DNA of 64,000 nucleotides from Dehalococcoidia bacterium UBA1328 (GTDB taxonomy: Bacteria; Chloroflexota; Dehalococcoidia; Lucifugimonadales; Lucifugimonadaceae). Each line of letters opens with the position of its first letter. The stretch's first letter is position 1. This document shows positions 1 through 10,057 of the stretch, in pieces. The position numbers and the translations under genes were made by a program. The notes under the pieces were generated by a model. It searched no databases. It saw only the letters and a program-made list of their open reading frames with translations, and was not told the DNA's origin. The stretch is from contig DBTA01000037.1 in the NCBI GenBank assembly GCA_002306815.1, forward strand, positions 92,236 through 156,235, given 5' to 3'.

Positions 1-2015
1 ACATAGGTGGATTTGAGTTTGCTGAGCTCTCTGAATTTCGCAACGGCATCAGCGATCTGGTAGACCCGATCGTCGAGATCCTGAGTTTCTCTGATTTTCT
101 CGAGAGAGTTAGCGTCCATCGACCAACCCCTCTTGGTTTTTCGGGTTTTCGGAGCACCCAGTTCGTCGATCAGAAGGGCGGCAACTTGCTGGTTTGAAGC
201 GAGATTGAGCTCCCGTCCGTCAACGATCGCGTTAGCTGCCTGCTTGATTTGCTCAATATCTGCTCCAAGTTGTTCAGACATTTCAGCAAGAGCGGTTTTA
301 TCGATGATCATCCCATTGCGCTGCATCTCGATAATCACGGGCAACAGAGCAAGCTCAATTTCTTCGTTCACGTAGCGGGCTTCATGCTTGTCGATCTCGG
401 GTTCGAAGTACTCGTAAAACCGCCAGGTGAAATCGGCATCGGCTGCTGCGTATGTCCCGGCTTTGTCGATCGGAACTTCGGCCATTGTTATTTGATTGCG
501 CCCCGTACCAATAAGAGTCTTTATTTCAGTCATTTCGGCCTGAAATAGTTCGAGTGCGAGTTGTTTCAGACCGATAGATCGACGACCACACAGCGCTGCG
601 GCGGTCATAGTATCGAACGCCAAATTGTTCACAGAGATTCCCGCTTCGGCGAGGACCATCATGTCGTAGTTGGCATTATGTGCAATCTTCTTGATCGATT
701 CGTCTTCAAAAATTCGGCGGAGTGCTGCTAATCCTTCAGCGAAAGGAACCTGAGCACCTTTGTTGTGACCAATCGCTATGTACCACGCGTGTCCTGACTT
801 GATAGAGAAGGAGATCCCAACAAGATCCGATGTCATCGAATCGAGTCCGGTGGTTTCGGTGTCGAACGCAAACTCGCCTTTGGATTTGAGGGCGTCGATC
901 ATCGCATTCAGTCCCGCTAAATCGGTGACGATCTCGTACTCACCTAGCGGTTTTTCTTCCTCAGGTTCCACGGACGGATCGACCTTCGCTGCACCCGATT
1001 CATCCGCCATCATGTCGATCTGTCCGACGGGTGACTCAGGCGCTTCCCATCCCGGAGCGGTTTCAGGTTCAGCAGGGGGTCTGTCACTCTCACCCGATTC
1101 GCCTAGCTTTGTAAGCCGATTGGCGACGAGGCGCATTTCGTAGTTCATGAGCGCCTTAATGACATCCTCTCGTTTGAAGTCGCCGAAGCGGGATTTTTCC
1201 GCATCAAACTCCACCGGTACATCCCGCACGATCGTGGTCAGAACAAGCGCTGTAGCGGCAGTCTCCCGATGTTCCTCGAGGAGATTCATTGTTCGTTTCG
1301 CTCCGCGCAAATCTTCAATGTTTTCGACCTCATTGAGTCGACTGAACAGTGAGTCGAAGTGACCGAGATTGTTAAGTACGGCGCGAGCTGATTTCTTACC
1401 AACTCCGGGTACCCCCGGAATGTTGTCGGAAGAGTCGCCTTCGAGTGCCTTGATCTCTGCTATGAACTCAGGACCGAGACCGTCGTACCGATCGGCCACT
1501 GCTTGCGGGTCATACTTCCTCATGTCGCCGAATCCGGTGTACATGAGGAGCGAGGTGTCGTCATCGACCAGCTGGAGTTGGTCGGCGTCTCCGGTAAGAA
1601 TCAGCGTTTTATAGCCCTGTTCAGTCGCCTGTTTAGAGAGAGTGCCGATCAGATCGTCGGCTTCAAACCCATCGTATTCATAGACAGGGACGCCAAGTGG
1701 TTCGAGTATTTCCTTCACGATCGGAATTTGTTCGTGAAGGGCAGGATCCACTTCCTGCCGTTGTGCCTTGTACTCAGGAAACATTTCCTTTCGAAACGTT
1801 GGCGACTTGGTGTCGAACGTCACGGCAATGTGTGTGGGTTTCTGCTCACGAATCGTCTTGAGGAACATTGTCATAAACCCGCTAGCACCTGTTGTGTTCT
1901 GTCCCGTCGAGGTGATCAGGTGATCTCGAACTGCGAACCATGCCCTGAAGACGATTGCGTGTCCATCAATTAGTAGGAACAGTTGATCATCAGTTTTAGC
2001 AGGAGTGGTGGTCAT
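1..2015 (-). CDS. polA: DNA polymerase I (5' part; runs off the left edge)
   Basis: Manual translation from ATG at 2015 gives MTTTPAKTDDQLFLLIDGHAIVFRAWF (5'-3' exonuclease N-terminus). It also contains GFEADDLIGT, GDSSDNIPGVPGVG and the 3'-5' exonuclease motif FAFDTETTGL. Absent from the ORF track because no stop occurs inside the window. Confidence 0.97.
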   Translation of the reverse strand, partial: MTTTPAKTDDQLFLLIDGHAIVFRAWFAVRDHLITSTGQNTTGASGFMTMFLKTIREQKPTHIAVTFDTKSPTFRKEMFPEYKAQRQEVDPALHEQIPIVKEILEPLGVPVYEYDGFEADDLIGTLSKQATEQGYKTLILTGDADQLQLVDDDTSLLMYTGFGDMRKYDPQAVADRYDGLGPEFIAEIKALEGDSSDNIPGVPGVGKKSARAVLNNLGHFDSLFSRLNEVENIEDLRGAKRTMNLLEEHRETAATALVLTTIVRDVPVEFDAEKSRFGDFKREDVIKALMNYEMRLVANRLTKLGESGESDRPPAEPETAPGWEAPESPVGQIDMMADESGAAKVDPSVEPEEEKPLGEYEIVTDLAGLNAMIDALKSKGEFAFDTETTGLDSMTSDLVGISFSIKSGHAWYIAIGHNKGAQVPFAEGLAALRRIFEDESIKKIAHNANYDMMVLAEAGISVNNLAFDTMTAAALCGRRSIGLKQLALELFQAEMTEIKTLIGTGRNQITMAEVPIDKAGTYAAADADFTWRFYEYFEPEIDKHEARYVNEEIELALLPVIIEMQRNGMIIDKTALAEMSEQLGADIEQIKQAANAIVDGRELNLASNQQVAALLIDELGAPKTRKTKRGWSMDANSLEKIRETQDLDDRVYQIADAVAKFRELSKLKSTY

Positions 2016-2263
2016 GAGAGAGAGGCGTTCCGATAAGCGTAGGTCGATAAAAGTTGGTCTTAATGCCGTGCCACGGTGAGCGGATTATAGCTTCTCGCTC
2101 ACTACAGCTTTTTATCGATTGCCTACTTTGGTTTCGTCGCAATCTGGACTTCAAAGAGTCCAAACGCCATTGGCATACCTATTGTGCCTATATATTGTGT
2201 CCCTAGGCATAAGCTAATTTTCTTGTTTCGATATCTCGACAATTTCGAGTTGAGTTCAGCTTA

Positions 2264-2646
2264 ATGACCACATGAACTAAATCCGCGAATGACCTCGTAA
2301 GTATTGAATACTGGGAGTCGCTAAATAGAAAAAACCTGTTGCGATTTTTATGTTGTATTAGCTGAGTTCCTCACCAATGCGCGGTTATGAGTTCGCCACG
2401 AGAATTGCGCTTTGCGGCGATGCAAGACCGACCGATGCGATGATCTATCCAATGCTGAAGGAGCTCGAATCCGGAGGATACGTTGAGCTAGAACTCGCTG
2501 TAATTAATGGTCGTAATCGCAAAATTTATTCGCTTTCTGAACTTGGTCATCAGGCTTACATAGCGTCAGCTCAGGCGTGGACCAATGTATTGCCGCAACT
2601 TGAAACAGCGGTTGCGGTTAAGGAAGCAGGTGTTGATACGGCGTGA
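2264..2646 (+). pseudogene. PadR-family transcriptional regulator, disrupted
   Basis: ORF 2377..2646 (MRGYEF..PTDAMIYPMLKELESGGYV..GRNRKIYSLSELG) is a winged-helix PadR C-terminal part. The N-terminus (YWESLNRKNLLRF) lies in another frame, joined by a T-run at 2345-2349. In-frame stops occur at 2273 (TGA) and 2359 (TAG). Confidence 0.75.
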
Positions 2647-2693
2647 TGCACAACAACGGTTATTGATTCGAGAATTTTTGAAGACGGACTGAA

Positions 2694-3545
2694 ATGACTA
2701 CCGAGAATCCTTTTGGAACTATAACCCCAATTATCTCGGATGCTGTTAGCTGTGGAGATTCGTGCTGTGGGGATGATATGGCCTCTGAGATTACCCACGC
2801 GCAACTTGATTCAATAACAGCGGTGGTGAAACACTATTACGGGAATCTTGCTTCGAGTGCAGCTGAACTATCTGCAGATGCAAGCCGAGTTAAGGCTACA
2901 GACAAATTTTACTCGGAAGATCAACGAGATGCCTTGCCTGACGAAGTGACTGGGGCTTCAGCAGGATGCGGCAATCCTGTCGGAATTGCCGACTCGCAAC
3001 GAGGTGAGACCGTTTTAGATCTTGGCTCCGGTGGCGGAATCGATTGTTTCCTTGCTGCCAGAGAAGTTGGAAATAATGGTTATGTGATCGGCATAGACAT
3101 GACCCCCCGCATGATCGAGCTTGCGCAAAAAAACGCAGCCACACTTCAGACTGAGAATGTGGTATTTAAATTGGGTCATATAGAGTCGATCCCACAGCCT
3201 GACAACACTGTTGACCTTGTTCTTTCCAACTGCGTAATCGCACTGTCAGAGCATAAGGATCGGGTGTTTTACGAGATTTTCAGGATTCTCAAGCCTGGTG
3301 GCAGGTTTGTTATATCCGACATGGTTACTTCAGAGGCGCTCCCACAGGACGTGCAAAAATCGGCTGCGGAGTGGGTGGAATGCGTTGGTGGCGCTGCGGT
3401 GTTGAGCGAGTACCTCGAACTTGTTGAAGAGAGTGGCTTTACGGACATTGACGTGGTCAAAGAGGATCGAAGTCGACCCGATGCCGAAGATTGGCAGTCG
3501 ACTTTGATCAATCTGACGTTACGGGCGTACAAACCGGCTGAATAG
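2694..3545 (+). CDS. arsM: Arsenite S-adenosylmethionine methyltransferase
   Basis: Motifs GCGNP, VLDLGSGGGIDC, GIDMT, SNCV, LKPGG and WxxCxGGA, plus an N-terminal SCGDSCCG Cys cluster. Confidence 0.88.
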   Translation: MTTENPFGTITPIISDAVSCGDSCCGDDMASEITHAQLDSITAVVKHYYGNLASSAAELSADASRVKATDKFYSEDQRDALPDEVTGASAGCGNPVGIADSQRGETVLDLGSGGGIDCFLAAREVGNNGYVIGIDMTPRMIELAQKNAATLQTENVVFKLGHIESIPQPDNTVDLVLSNCVIALSEHKDRVFYEIFRILKPGGRFVISDMVTSEALPQDVQKSAAEWVECVGGAAVLSEYLELVEESGFTDIDVVKEDRSRPDAEDWQSTLINLTLRAYKPAE

Positions 3546-3552
3546 AAAACAC

Positions 3553-3612
3553 ATCCTCCCTCGCAGGTAGGTAATTAAAGGGTGGGTTGCGCGTGGTTCG
3601 TACCCACCCCCG
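3553..3612. repeat. Degenerate REP-like palindromic element
   Basis: CCTCCCTCGCAGGTAGG followed by GGGTGGGT (3580-3587) and ACCCACCC (3602-3609) as an inverted repeat, just after the arsM stop. Confidence 0.4.
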
Positions 3613-3701
3613 ATGACCCGTAACTCGATCTTATGCCTGATGGTTATATGAGGTATTCGTCGCTCAGAGTCAGGCGAACGTCGCTACACTTGACGACCGC
3701 A

Positions 3702-4655
3702 ATGCTCATCAATCCTTGGGTCAGAAACTACGAAAAATACGATCACGCCGCGCTAGGTCGCGTCCGTGAATGGGCTTCCAACAAACTTGGCAGCACTGTT
3801 GACTATGGATTCGGTTATGGAACATGGGTATTCATCGGGAATGAAACGGTTATCAAGATCGATCCCGAAGTAGGTCGACCTGAAAGATTCAGCCACGAAC
3901 TTGCGGTGAGTGCGCTGCAGATTCCCGGCGTAGCGACCCCGCGCGTTCTCGAGACCGGCGCGTTAGAAGGCAGAGCGTGGGTGATACTGGATCGTCTAGA
4001 TGGGACAAACGGTTACAACGTTTGGCCGGGACTGGACGATTCAGGAAAGTCGCGGTTGATGAGCCAGCTGGCACGTGCGCTTGCGTATCTCCAGAAATTC
4101 GAGCCAGACGAGGGCATGCTCCATGCTGAAACCTCCAATTGGTCGCGTCACGTTCGTCAGTCGTTCAACCGGGCCCTGCGTGCGGTCGATAACGTTGTGC
4201 CCGGACGGGTGCTCACCATGTCTCAGGCCGCTTTTGCCGAATGGGAAGACTCGTTGATTGATCGTACGCGAGTTTTATGCCATGGAGATCTCTGGCTCGG
4301 AAACATTCTCGTCGGGAACGATGGCTCTCTCGTGGGGATCCTCGACTTCGATCGAATGGCGCTCGCTCCCGCGGACTACGAGTTGGACATGTTGCTTAGA
4401 TTCTGGCGTTACCCGTGGAATTTCGTGCCTGAGCAGTTGGAAGCAACCTACGAGGACTCACTCGAAATCGAACTCATGCAACCGTTCGTTGAGCTGTGTC
4501 AGGGCGATCTGACCGATAAACAACTTTCTGCCCGGTTGAGTACGCTCGAATTGATATATCGCCTCAACTTGGTGAATCGTTTTGGGTGGAGCGAACAGCA
4601 CGCGATGATGTTCGACACAGTTCTATCTGGCGACTGGGCAGACGGACTGGTTTAG
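3702..4655 (+). CDS. Aminoglycoside phosphotransferase/choline kinase-like family protein
   Basis: VIKI, the Brenner motif LCHGDLWLGNILV and GILDFD. ATG 3702 is preferred over 3633, which lies near the REP-like element. Confidence 0.85.
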   Translation: MLINPWVRNYEKYDHAALGRVREWASNKLGSTVDYGFGYGTWVFIGNETVIKIDPEVGRPERFSHELAVSALQIPGVATPRVLETGALEGRAWVILDRLDGTNGYNVWPGLDDSGKSRLMSQLARALAYLQKFEPDEGMLHAETSNWSRHVRQSFNRALRAVDNVVPGRVLTMSQAAFAEWEDSLIDRTRVLCHGDLWLGNILVGNDGSLVGILDFDRMALAPADYELDMLLRFWRYPWNFVPEQLEATYEDSLEIELMQPFVELCQGDLTDKQLSARLSTLELIYRLNLVNRFGWSEQHAMMFDTVLSGDWADGLV

Positions 4656-4723
4656 CGAGTCGGGAATGTTTTGCCCGCTAACCATCTATCATTTTTCGAT
4701 GCCGTGATTGAAGTGGTGACAGA

Positions 4724-4785
4724 AACCACACAATCCTGTGATCGTTGGGTTTGGTGATCACAGGGCTGTGTGGTTGATTTTTTTT
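4724..4785 (+). terminator. Intrinsic terminator (long hairpin plus U-tract), possibly bidirectional
   Basis: AACCACAC..CCTGTGATC / GATCACAGG..GTGTGGTT stem followed by T8 at 4778-4785. Confidence 0.75.
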
Positions 4786-4941
4786 ATGACTCGTTAGTCG
4801 GAGGCGAGCCGTACCTTGCCCGTCCGTTGAAAGTCCGAGAATGACGTTTAGTGGCGTCTTTCCCGGTTAGATATCTTCGATGGGGCTCAGGATCATGTGA
4901 CCTAGACCCACCCATACGGCATATGGATTACGAGTGATAAA
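4783..4941 (-). ncRNA. ssrS: Probable 6S RNA (rod-like structured RNA with central bubble)
   Basis: Nested minus-strand pairings: TTAT-ACTCGT/ACGAGT-ATAA, GCCGTA/TACGGC, CCT..GCCC/GGGC..AGG, a weakly paired central region, CCGGGAA/TTCTCGG and GACG/CGTC. CCTGAGCC and GGGCAAGG resemble 6S consensus elements. Not verified by a covariance model. Confidence 0.5.
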
Positions 4942-4996
4942 CCCGACTTCCAATATTTGCATGATGCGTGTTGCGCTTTGTGTGGCAGCAGAAAGC

Positions 4997-5590
4997 TTAG
5001 TCGGCGACGTTTGATGTTGGACGAGCATCCAGGAGGTCGATACCGCCTCGTACCTGTCCGAGCGTGTCGGCGATTCTCTCTTCGAGCGTGAACAGAACCT
5101 CGCGTGCATAATTGTCTGCACCCTTGCGTCGCTGTTCGGCTGAAGTCTCTGCGTCGTTCAAGATGCCGTTGACCCGAGTCTCCGCGTCGTCGATCAGCTT
5201 AGCCGCTCGCTTGTCGGCATCAGTTTCGATCTTCGCCGCCTTTTCGTTTGCTGCGCGAGTGATCTCGTTTTCTTCGATCATCTTGCGAGCTTCTTCTTGA
5301 GAAGTGGTCAACAGGGTGTTCGACTGCTCTTCCGCGAGCTGGCGAATGGTTGTTGCTTCCTCGTCAGCGTAAGCTCGGATGCGTCGTGCCTCTAGCTCTG
5401 CCTGCTTGATGATTGCATCTTTCTGGCGAAGAATGCCTTCAGCTTCGTTAATCTGGGTCGGCATTTCAGTCTTCATCTCTTCAATGCTTGTCGAGATTTT
5501 GTCCAGGTTAACGAGTGTTCGGGCTGTTCCAGGTACTCGACCTTTGACGATCATCGTCTCTAGGTTTTCTAGTTGTGACATCAGTGTCAT
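4997..5590 (-). CDS. Coiled-coil protein (ATP synthase subunit B-like/DivIVA-like family typically found after coaD)
   Basis: LENLE..GRVPGT..LVN..MP.QI.EA, AE-repeats and GADNYA.EVL..LE. Conserved position after rsmD-coaD. Confidence 0.75.
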   Translation of the reverse strand: MTLMSQLENLETMIVKGRVPGTARTLVNLDKISTSIEEMKTEMPTQINEAEGILRQKDAIIKQAELEARRIRAYADEEATTIRQLAEEQSNTLLTTSQEEARKMIEENEITRAANEKAAKIETDADKRAAKLIDDAETRVNGILNDAETSAEQRRKGADNYAREVLFTLEERIADTLGQVRGGIDLLDARPTSNVAD

Positions 5591-5638
5591 TTCTGCCTCC
5601 GTGTGGGTCGACTAACGCGTGCGCTTGTTGGTTGATAC

Positions 5639-6130
5639 TTACTTTTCTCGACGTTCTTCGAGCCTCTCAACCAAAGGCCTTAGAACGTTTTTAGGAACTA
5701 GATCTGACACATCGGCGCCGAGTGCCGCTACTTCCTTTACTCTCGATGAACTCAGGATCTGGTATTCGAGAGCACTGAAAAGACAGATCGTTTCAACGTC
5801 CCCCGCCATCCTGCGGTTCATTAGTGCCATTTCACTTTCGTACTCGAAATCGCTTGTGATTCTCAATCCACGAACTATTACGCTGGCCCCGATTTCTCTG
5901 GCGGCGTTGACGGTGAGTCCGGAGTACGACTGGACCGATACGTTTGAAAGATTAGCAACCGCTTCGGCGAACATTTCAATTCGTTCATCTAGGTTGAACA
6001 TAGTTCGTTTTGACGAAATCTCGACCACTCCTATGGTCAAGTGATCGACTGCGTGCGAAGCGCGCTCGACGATGTCAAGGTGGCCGTTGGTTACCGGGTC
6101 GAATGTTCCGGGGTAAATCGCCCGCGCCAT
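5639..6130 (-). CDS. coaD: Phosphopantetheine adenylyltransferase
   Basis: AIYPGTFDPVTNGHLDI, VRGLR..SDFEYE and LSSS.VKE. Confidence 0.97.
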   Translation of the reverse strand: MARAIYPGTFDPVTNGHLDIVERASHAVDHLTIGVVEISSKRTMFNLDERIEMFAEAVANLSNVSVQSYSGLTVNAAREIGASVIVRGLRITSDFEYESEMALMNRRMAGDVETICLFSALEYQILSSSRVKEVAALGADVSDLVPKNVLRPLVERLEERREK

Positions 6131-6736
6131 CTATTTGCCCTCCGTCTGGGCATTGGTCGCTGAATCGGTGTTATTTGCTTTGTAGACCGAAATAGCGGTG
6201 TCTCCGTAGAGCCGGTGGGTAGATAATTCAAGGCCCGGAAGATATTCCGGTAATTTGGTCATCTTGGAATGTTCTAAAAATGCTATTGCGTTAAGTGCGA
6301 TGAGTCCGTTGGCGTCGACTTGTTCAAATAACTCCTCGAACTCAACAATGTCGTATGGCGGGTCGGCAAAAATTAGGTCGAACTCGCCCTTCAATCTTCC
6401 GATTGTGTTGAGCGCTCTACCTTTTTGAACCGTTCCCAGCATTGTCAACCTCTGTTTAGCCAGTGACTTTTTTAAGTCGTCACACCGACGTCCGTTTTGC
6501 TCGATAAACGTGGCACTGTCGGCACCTCGCTGAAGAGCTTCGATTCCGAGTGTTCCTGTACCTGCGTAAATATCCAGTACGCGCAGTCCGTTAGCTCCGG
6601 CTGGTCCCAGCATCGAGAATATTGCTGATCTCACTTTGGATGTCGTTGGGCGCAGTGATCTACCGGTTGAGCCAGTTGCTCGTCGGAACTGTGAGCGTCG
6701 TCTTCGGCTGTTATCCATCGCACTTTCGATCCGCAC
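6131..6736 (-). CDS. rsmD: 16S rRNA m2G966 methyltransferase
   Basis: LRPT.SKVR.AIF, VLDIYAGTGTLGIEALQRGA, FADPPY and YGDT. Abuts coaD. Start uncertain (6736 or 6718). Confidence 0.92.
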   Translation of the reverse strand: MRIESAMDNSRRRRSQFRRATGSTGRSLRPTTSKVRSAIFSMLGPAGANGLRVLDIYAGTGTLGIEALQRGADSATFIEQNGRRCDDLKKSLAKQRLTMLGTVQKGRALNTIGRLKGEFDLIFADPPYDIVEFEELFEQVDANGLIALNAIAFLEHSKMTKLPEYLPGLELSTHRLYGDTAISVYKANNTDSATNAQTEGK

Positions 6737-7066
6737 TTGAGACCCTTGGTATTCCTTCTGCCGACTTCATAGAAGCAACGGAATACGAACGATTATTTCT
6801 GGCGCGCCGGACTCTTAACCATCGTCAGTTGTTACAGGTTTTGGCGGATTTACACGGAAGCGGTGTCTGTCTCGGTGCAAATCTAACGGCAATCGGTTTC
6901 GCCGTAATTCGCTGGTTGATCATTCTCTGGCTTAGAATGAATGGTCGCAATTGCACCTAAACTGAAAGCGATCAACCGATAACAAATTGCGATTACGTTC
7001 ATTTCGATCAAGACTCAGGGTCCGATGAGAGAAAACGATTAGAGCCAGAAATTTTTTGCGTCACAA

Positions 7067-8626
7067 ATGACCAACCAAGAGCAACAAGACCAGTCAAGCA
7101 CCTCGAATGAAGCAGACGCCGTCGTGGGCGAGCGCAAGCTAATGGAGGACAGGCTGGCGAAAACGACGGAGATTCGTTCCAAAGGACTTGATCCATACCC
7201 TCCAAGATTTGATCGGACTCATACATCTGTCGAAGCTATAAGTCTGTTCGAGGAGGAGGAAGCCGATTACTCGGGCGAAGTAGACGCGCATCCCCGAACC
7301 GAAACTGTTCGCGTTGCCGGTCGAATCATGGCTCGGCGTGGAATGGGCAAGGCTGCGTTCATCGATTTGAAAGACGGTCACGGAGCAATCCAGGCATTCG
7401 CTCGCCAGAACACGATGGGCGACGAAGCTTACGAGATCGTCAACCTTCTCGATATTGGAGACATTATTGGTGTTGAAGGCTCTGTAATTCGAACAAGGCG
7501 CGGCGAAATCAGCGTCGAGGCGCAGCAAGTAACCGTTCTTACTAAGGCGATTCGTCCGCTGCCCGACAAATGGCACGGTCTTCAAGATCAGGAAGTACGG
7601 TTCCGGCAACGGTATCTCGACCTCATTTCTAACGACAACGCTATGAAGAATGCTTTGCTCCGATCGAAGGTCGTGCAGTCGATGCGTTCATTTATGCACA
7701 GGCAGGGGTTTATCGAGGTTGAAACCCCAATACTTGTACCCGTTGCCGCCGGCGCACAGGCGACGCCTTTCGAGACACACCACAACCAGCTGAATCGGGA
7801 TTTGTACCTTCGAATTGCTACCGAGCTTTATCTGAAAAAGTTGATCGTCGGAGGAATAGAAAGAGTATTCGAAATCGGCCGACTCTTCCGCAACGAGGGT
7901 TTGGACCACGATCACAACCCGGAGTTCACGACTATCGAGAGTTATCAGGCATATGCTGACTACAACGATGTTATGGCAATGGTTGAGAAAATGGTTTCGA
8001 CCATTGCCCTGGAGACGACCGGCTCGATGATTCTTCCAGAGGTGGAGGGCATTCGAGCAGAGATCGACCTCACTCCGCCTTGGCCACGCCTTGATCTCCG
8101 TGAAGAGATTAAGAAGCGCACAGGAATTGATTACGTCGAAACCCGTGATGTTGAATCACTCTCGCAGGCTATGCGGGAGCGTGGTATTCACGTCGAGGCG
8201 GGATCGGCGTGGGGACGACTTTTAGACAAGGTGATTTCTTCAGAGGTCGAACCGCACCTGATTCAACCTCACTTTCTAGTCGACTATCCTGTCGAGATGT
8301 CTCCGCTTGCGAAGCGCAAGCCGGATTCTGATGGGATCGTCGAGCGTTTTGAAGGCTTTGTGGTGGGTACTGAGTTGTGTAACGCGTTCACTGAATTGAA
8401 CGATCCTATCGACCAGCGCGAACGGTTCGAGCAGCAAGAAAAAATGCGAGTAGAGTTTGGCGACGATGAAGCTGATCGACTTGACGAAGACTTTCTTGTT
8501 TCGATCGAACATGGCATGCCTCCGACCGGCGGACTCGGTTTAGGAATTGATCGGCTGACGATGCTAATCGCTGGCGAAGAGTCGATTCGCGAGATTCTAC
8601 TATTTCCGGCAATGCGAAACACGTGA
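7067..8626 (+). CDS. lysS: Lysine--tRNA ligase (class II)
   Basis: OB-fold VAGRIM..R.MGK..F, RQRYLDL, YLRIATELYLK, FRNEG, HNPEFT and GMPPTGGLGLGIDRL. Confidence 0.98.
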   Translation: MTNQEQQDQSSTSNEADAVVGERKLMEDRLAKTTEIRSKGLDPYPPRFDRTHTSVEAISLFEEEEADYSGEVDAHPRTETVRVAGRIMARRGMGKAAFIDLKDGHGAIQAFARQNTMGDEAYEIVNLLDIGDIIGVEGSVIRTRRGEISVEAQQVTVLTKAIRPLPDKWHGLQDQEVRFRQRYLDLISNDNAMKNALLRSKVVQSMRSFMHRQGFIEVETPILVPVAAGAQATPFETHHNQLNRDLYLRIATELYLKKLIVGGIERVFEIGRLFRNEGLDHDHNPEFTTIESYQAYADYNDVMAMVEKMVSTIALETTGSMILPEVEGIRAEIDLTPPWPRLDLREEIKKRTGIDYVETRDVESLSQAMRERGIHVEAGSAWGRLLDKVISSEVEPHLIQPHFLVDYPVEMSPLAKRKPDSDGIVERFEGFVVGTELCNAFTELNDPIDQRERFEQQEKMRVEFGDDEADRLDEDFLVSIEHGMPPTGGLGLGIDRLTMLIAGEESIREILLFPAMRNT

Positions 8627-8675
8627 TCTAATCGAGATAACTGGTTCACCCGATAAACAGCGCTCTGAGTAACAA

Positions 8676-9938
8676 ATGCTTTCACTGGAACAGATTGTCC
8701 GCGATCCTGAAAAATTTCGAGTCGCGTTGGTTCGACGAGGCGAAGACCCGCCGATCGACAGGATTGTTGAACTCGATTCACGTCGCAAAGAATTGATTCA
8801 GCAGGCAGATACTGACCGAGCTAACCGCAACAAAGTCAGCAAAGCAATCGGTGACGAAAAGCGAAAGCCGACGCCTGAGGAAATCACTGAAATGCGGGCT
8901 GCTGGCGAGCGCATCAAGAACGTCGAAGCAGAATTGGCGACCGTTCTCGACGACCTTCAAGAAACGCTGCTGCCAATCCCGAATACGCCTATGGAAGATG
9001 TTCCGGATGGGGTGGACGAAGATTCAAACGTGGTCGTTCGTATCTCAGAAGGTTCGACCGACGGCCATGGAAATGCCCACTGGGACGTGGCAACTGATTT
9101 AGGGATTCTGGATCTAGAGGCAGGTGCAAGCATATCGGGCGCACGTTTCTATGTACTGAAGGGCAAAGGCGCCCGGCTTCAGCGCGCTCTTTCAGCATGG
9201 ATGCTCGACATTCAGACGGAAGAACACGGGTATACCGAGATCGATCCACCTCTCCTGATTCGCCAGGAGACGATGATTGGTTCAGGAAATCTGCCGAAGT
9301 TCAAAGACAATCTATATCGAGACGAGGAAACCGATCTCTGGCTTGTGCCCACCGCTGAAGTTGCACTTAACGGTCTTCACCAGGGGCAAATCATTGACCC
9401 TGGAGTTCTTCCGCTGAAATATGTCGCTCAGACTCCTAGCTTCCGTAAGGAACACACATCTGCAGGTCGTGACGTTCGCGGCATCAAGCGTGTGCATCAG
9501 TTCGAGAAGGTCGAGATGTTCCGCTACGTCACGCCAGAAGATTCTGACGCTGCACTGGAAGAAATGTTGACGGAAGCAGAAACGCTCTGCGAGCGGTTGG
9601 GTTTGACGTATCGAGTTGTGCAGCTTTGTGCTGGCGATATTGGTTTCCAGTCGGCTAAGACTTATGACATTGAAGTTTGGTCGGCGGGATCGGAAGAGTG
9701 GCTTGAGGTCAGTTCGATTTCGACTTGCACCGACTTTCAGGCCCGCCGCAACGGCACTCGCTATCGCCCAGAAGTGGGTGCTTCAACCAAGCTGCCTCAC
9801 ACGTTGAACGGATCGGGGCTTGCACTTCCCAGAATCTGGATTGCCGTAATCGAGAACGGCCTTCAGGAAGACGGCTCTGTGGTGATTCCCGAAGTTATTG
9901 TTCCCTACACCGGATGGAGCACCATCGAAGCGGTTTAG
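8676..9938 (+). CDS. serS: Serine--tRNA ligase
   Basis: N-terminal coiled arm, LVPTAEV, RGIKRVHQFEKVE, EVSS.S.C.DFQARR and HTLNGSGLA..R. Confidence 0.98.
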   Translation: MLSLEQIVRDPEKFRVALVRRGEDPPIDRIVELDSRRKELIQQADTDRANRNKVSKAIGDEKRKPTPEEITEMRAAGERIKNVEAELATVLDDLQETLLPIPNTPMEDVPDGVDEDSNVVVRISEGSTDGHGNAHWDVATDLGILDLEAGASISGARFYVLKGKGARLQRALSAWMLDIQTEEHGYTEIDPPLLIRQETMIGSGNLPKFKDNLYRDEETDLWLVPTAEVALNGLHQGQIIDPGVLPLKYVAQTPSFRKEHTSAGRDVRGIKRVHQFEKVEMFRYVTPEDSDAALEEMLTEAETLCERLGLTYRVVQLCAGDIGFQSAKTYDIEVWSAGSEEWLEVSSISTCTDFQARRNGTRYRPEVGASTKLPHTLNGSGLALPRIWIAVIENGLQEDGSVVIPEVIVPYTGWSTIEAV

Positions 9939-9962
9939 GTGATTCGCTAGCTAAGAGCTATT

Positions 9963-9982
9963 CTCCGCTTCGCTGCGGTCGG
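9963..9982. repeat. REP-like palindrome copy
   Basis: CTCCGCTTCGCTGCGGTCGG is near-identical to CTCCGCTTTCGCTTCGGTCGG at 19494-19514. It lies between convergent genes. Confidence 0.5.
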
Positions 9983-10057
9983 AAAATGGTGTGCGGTGTC
10001 AATGTCGCTTTTGTTGGGCGGAGAAATGTTCAATAAGCGGCACGCAATCATGCCTGC

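Noticed and set aside
133-1973. Series of plus-strand ORFs
   Set aside because: They are antisense shadows of polA, which occupies the minus strand through the window edge.
3702-4655. APH gene as an antibiotic resistance determinant
   Set aside because: Only superfamily kinase motifs are visible, so the substrate cannot be inferred.
6737-7066. Long rsmD-lysS intergenic region as a T-box or lysine riboswitch
   Set aside because: No T-box consensus, terminator/antiterminator or riboswitch motif could be recognised.
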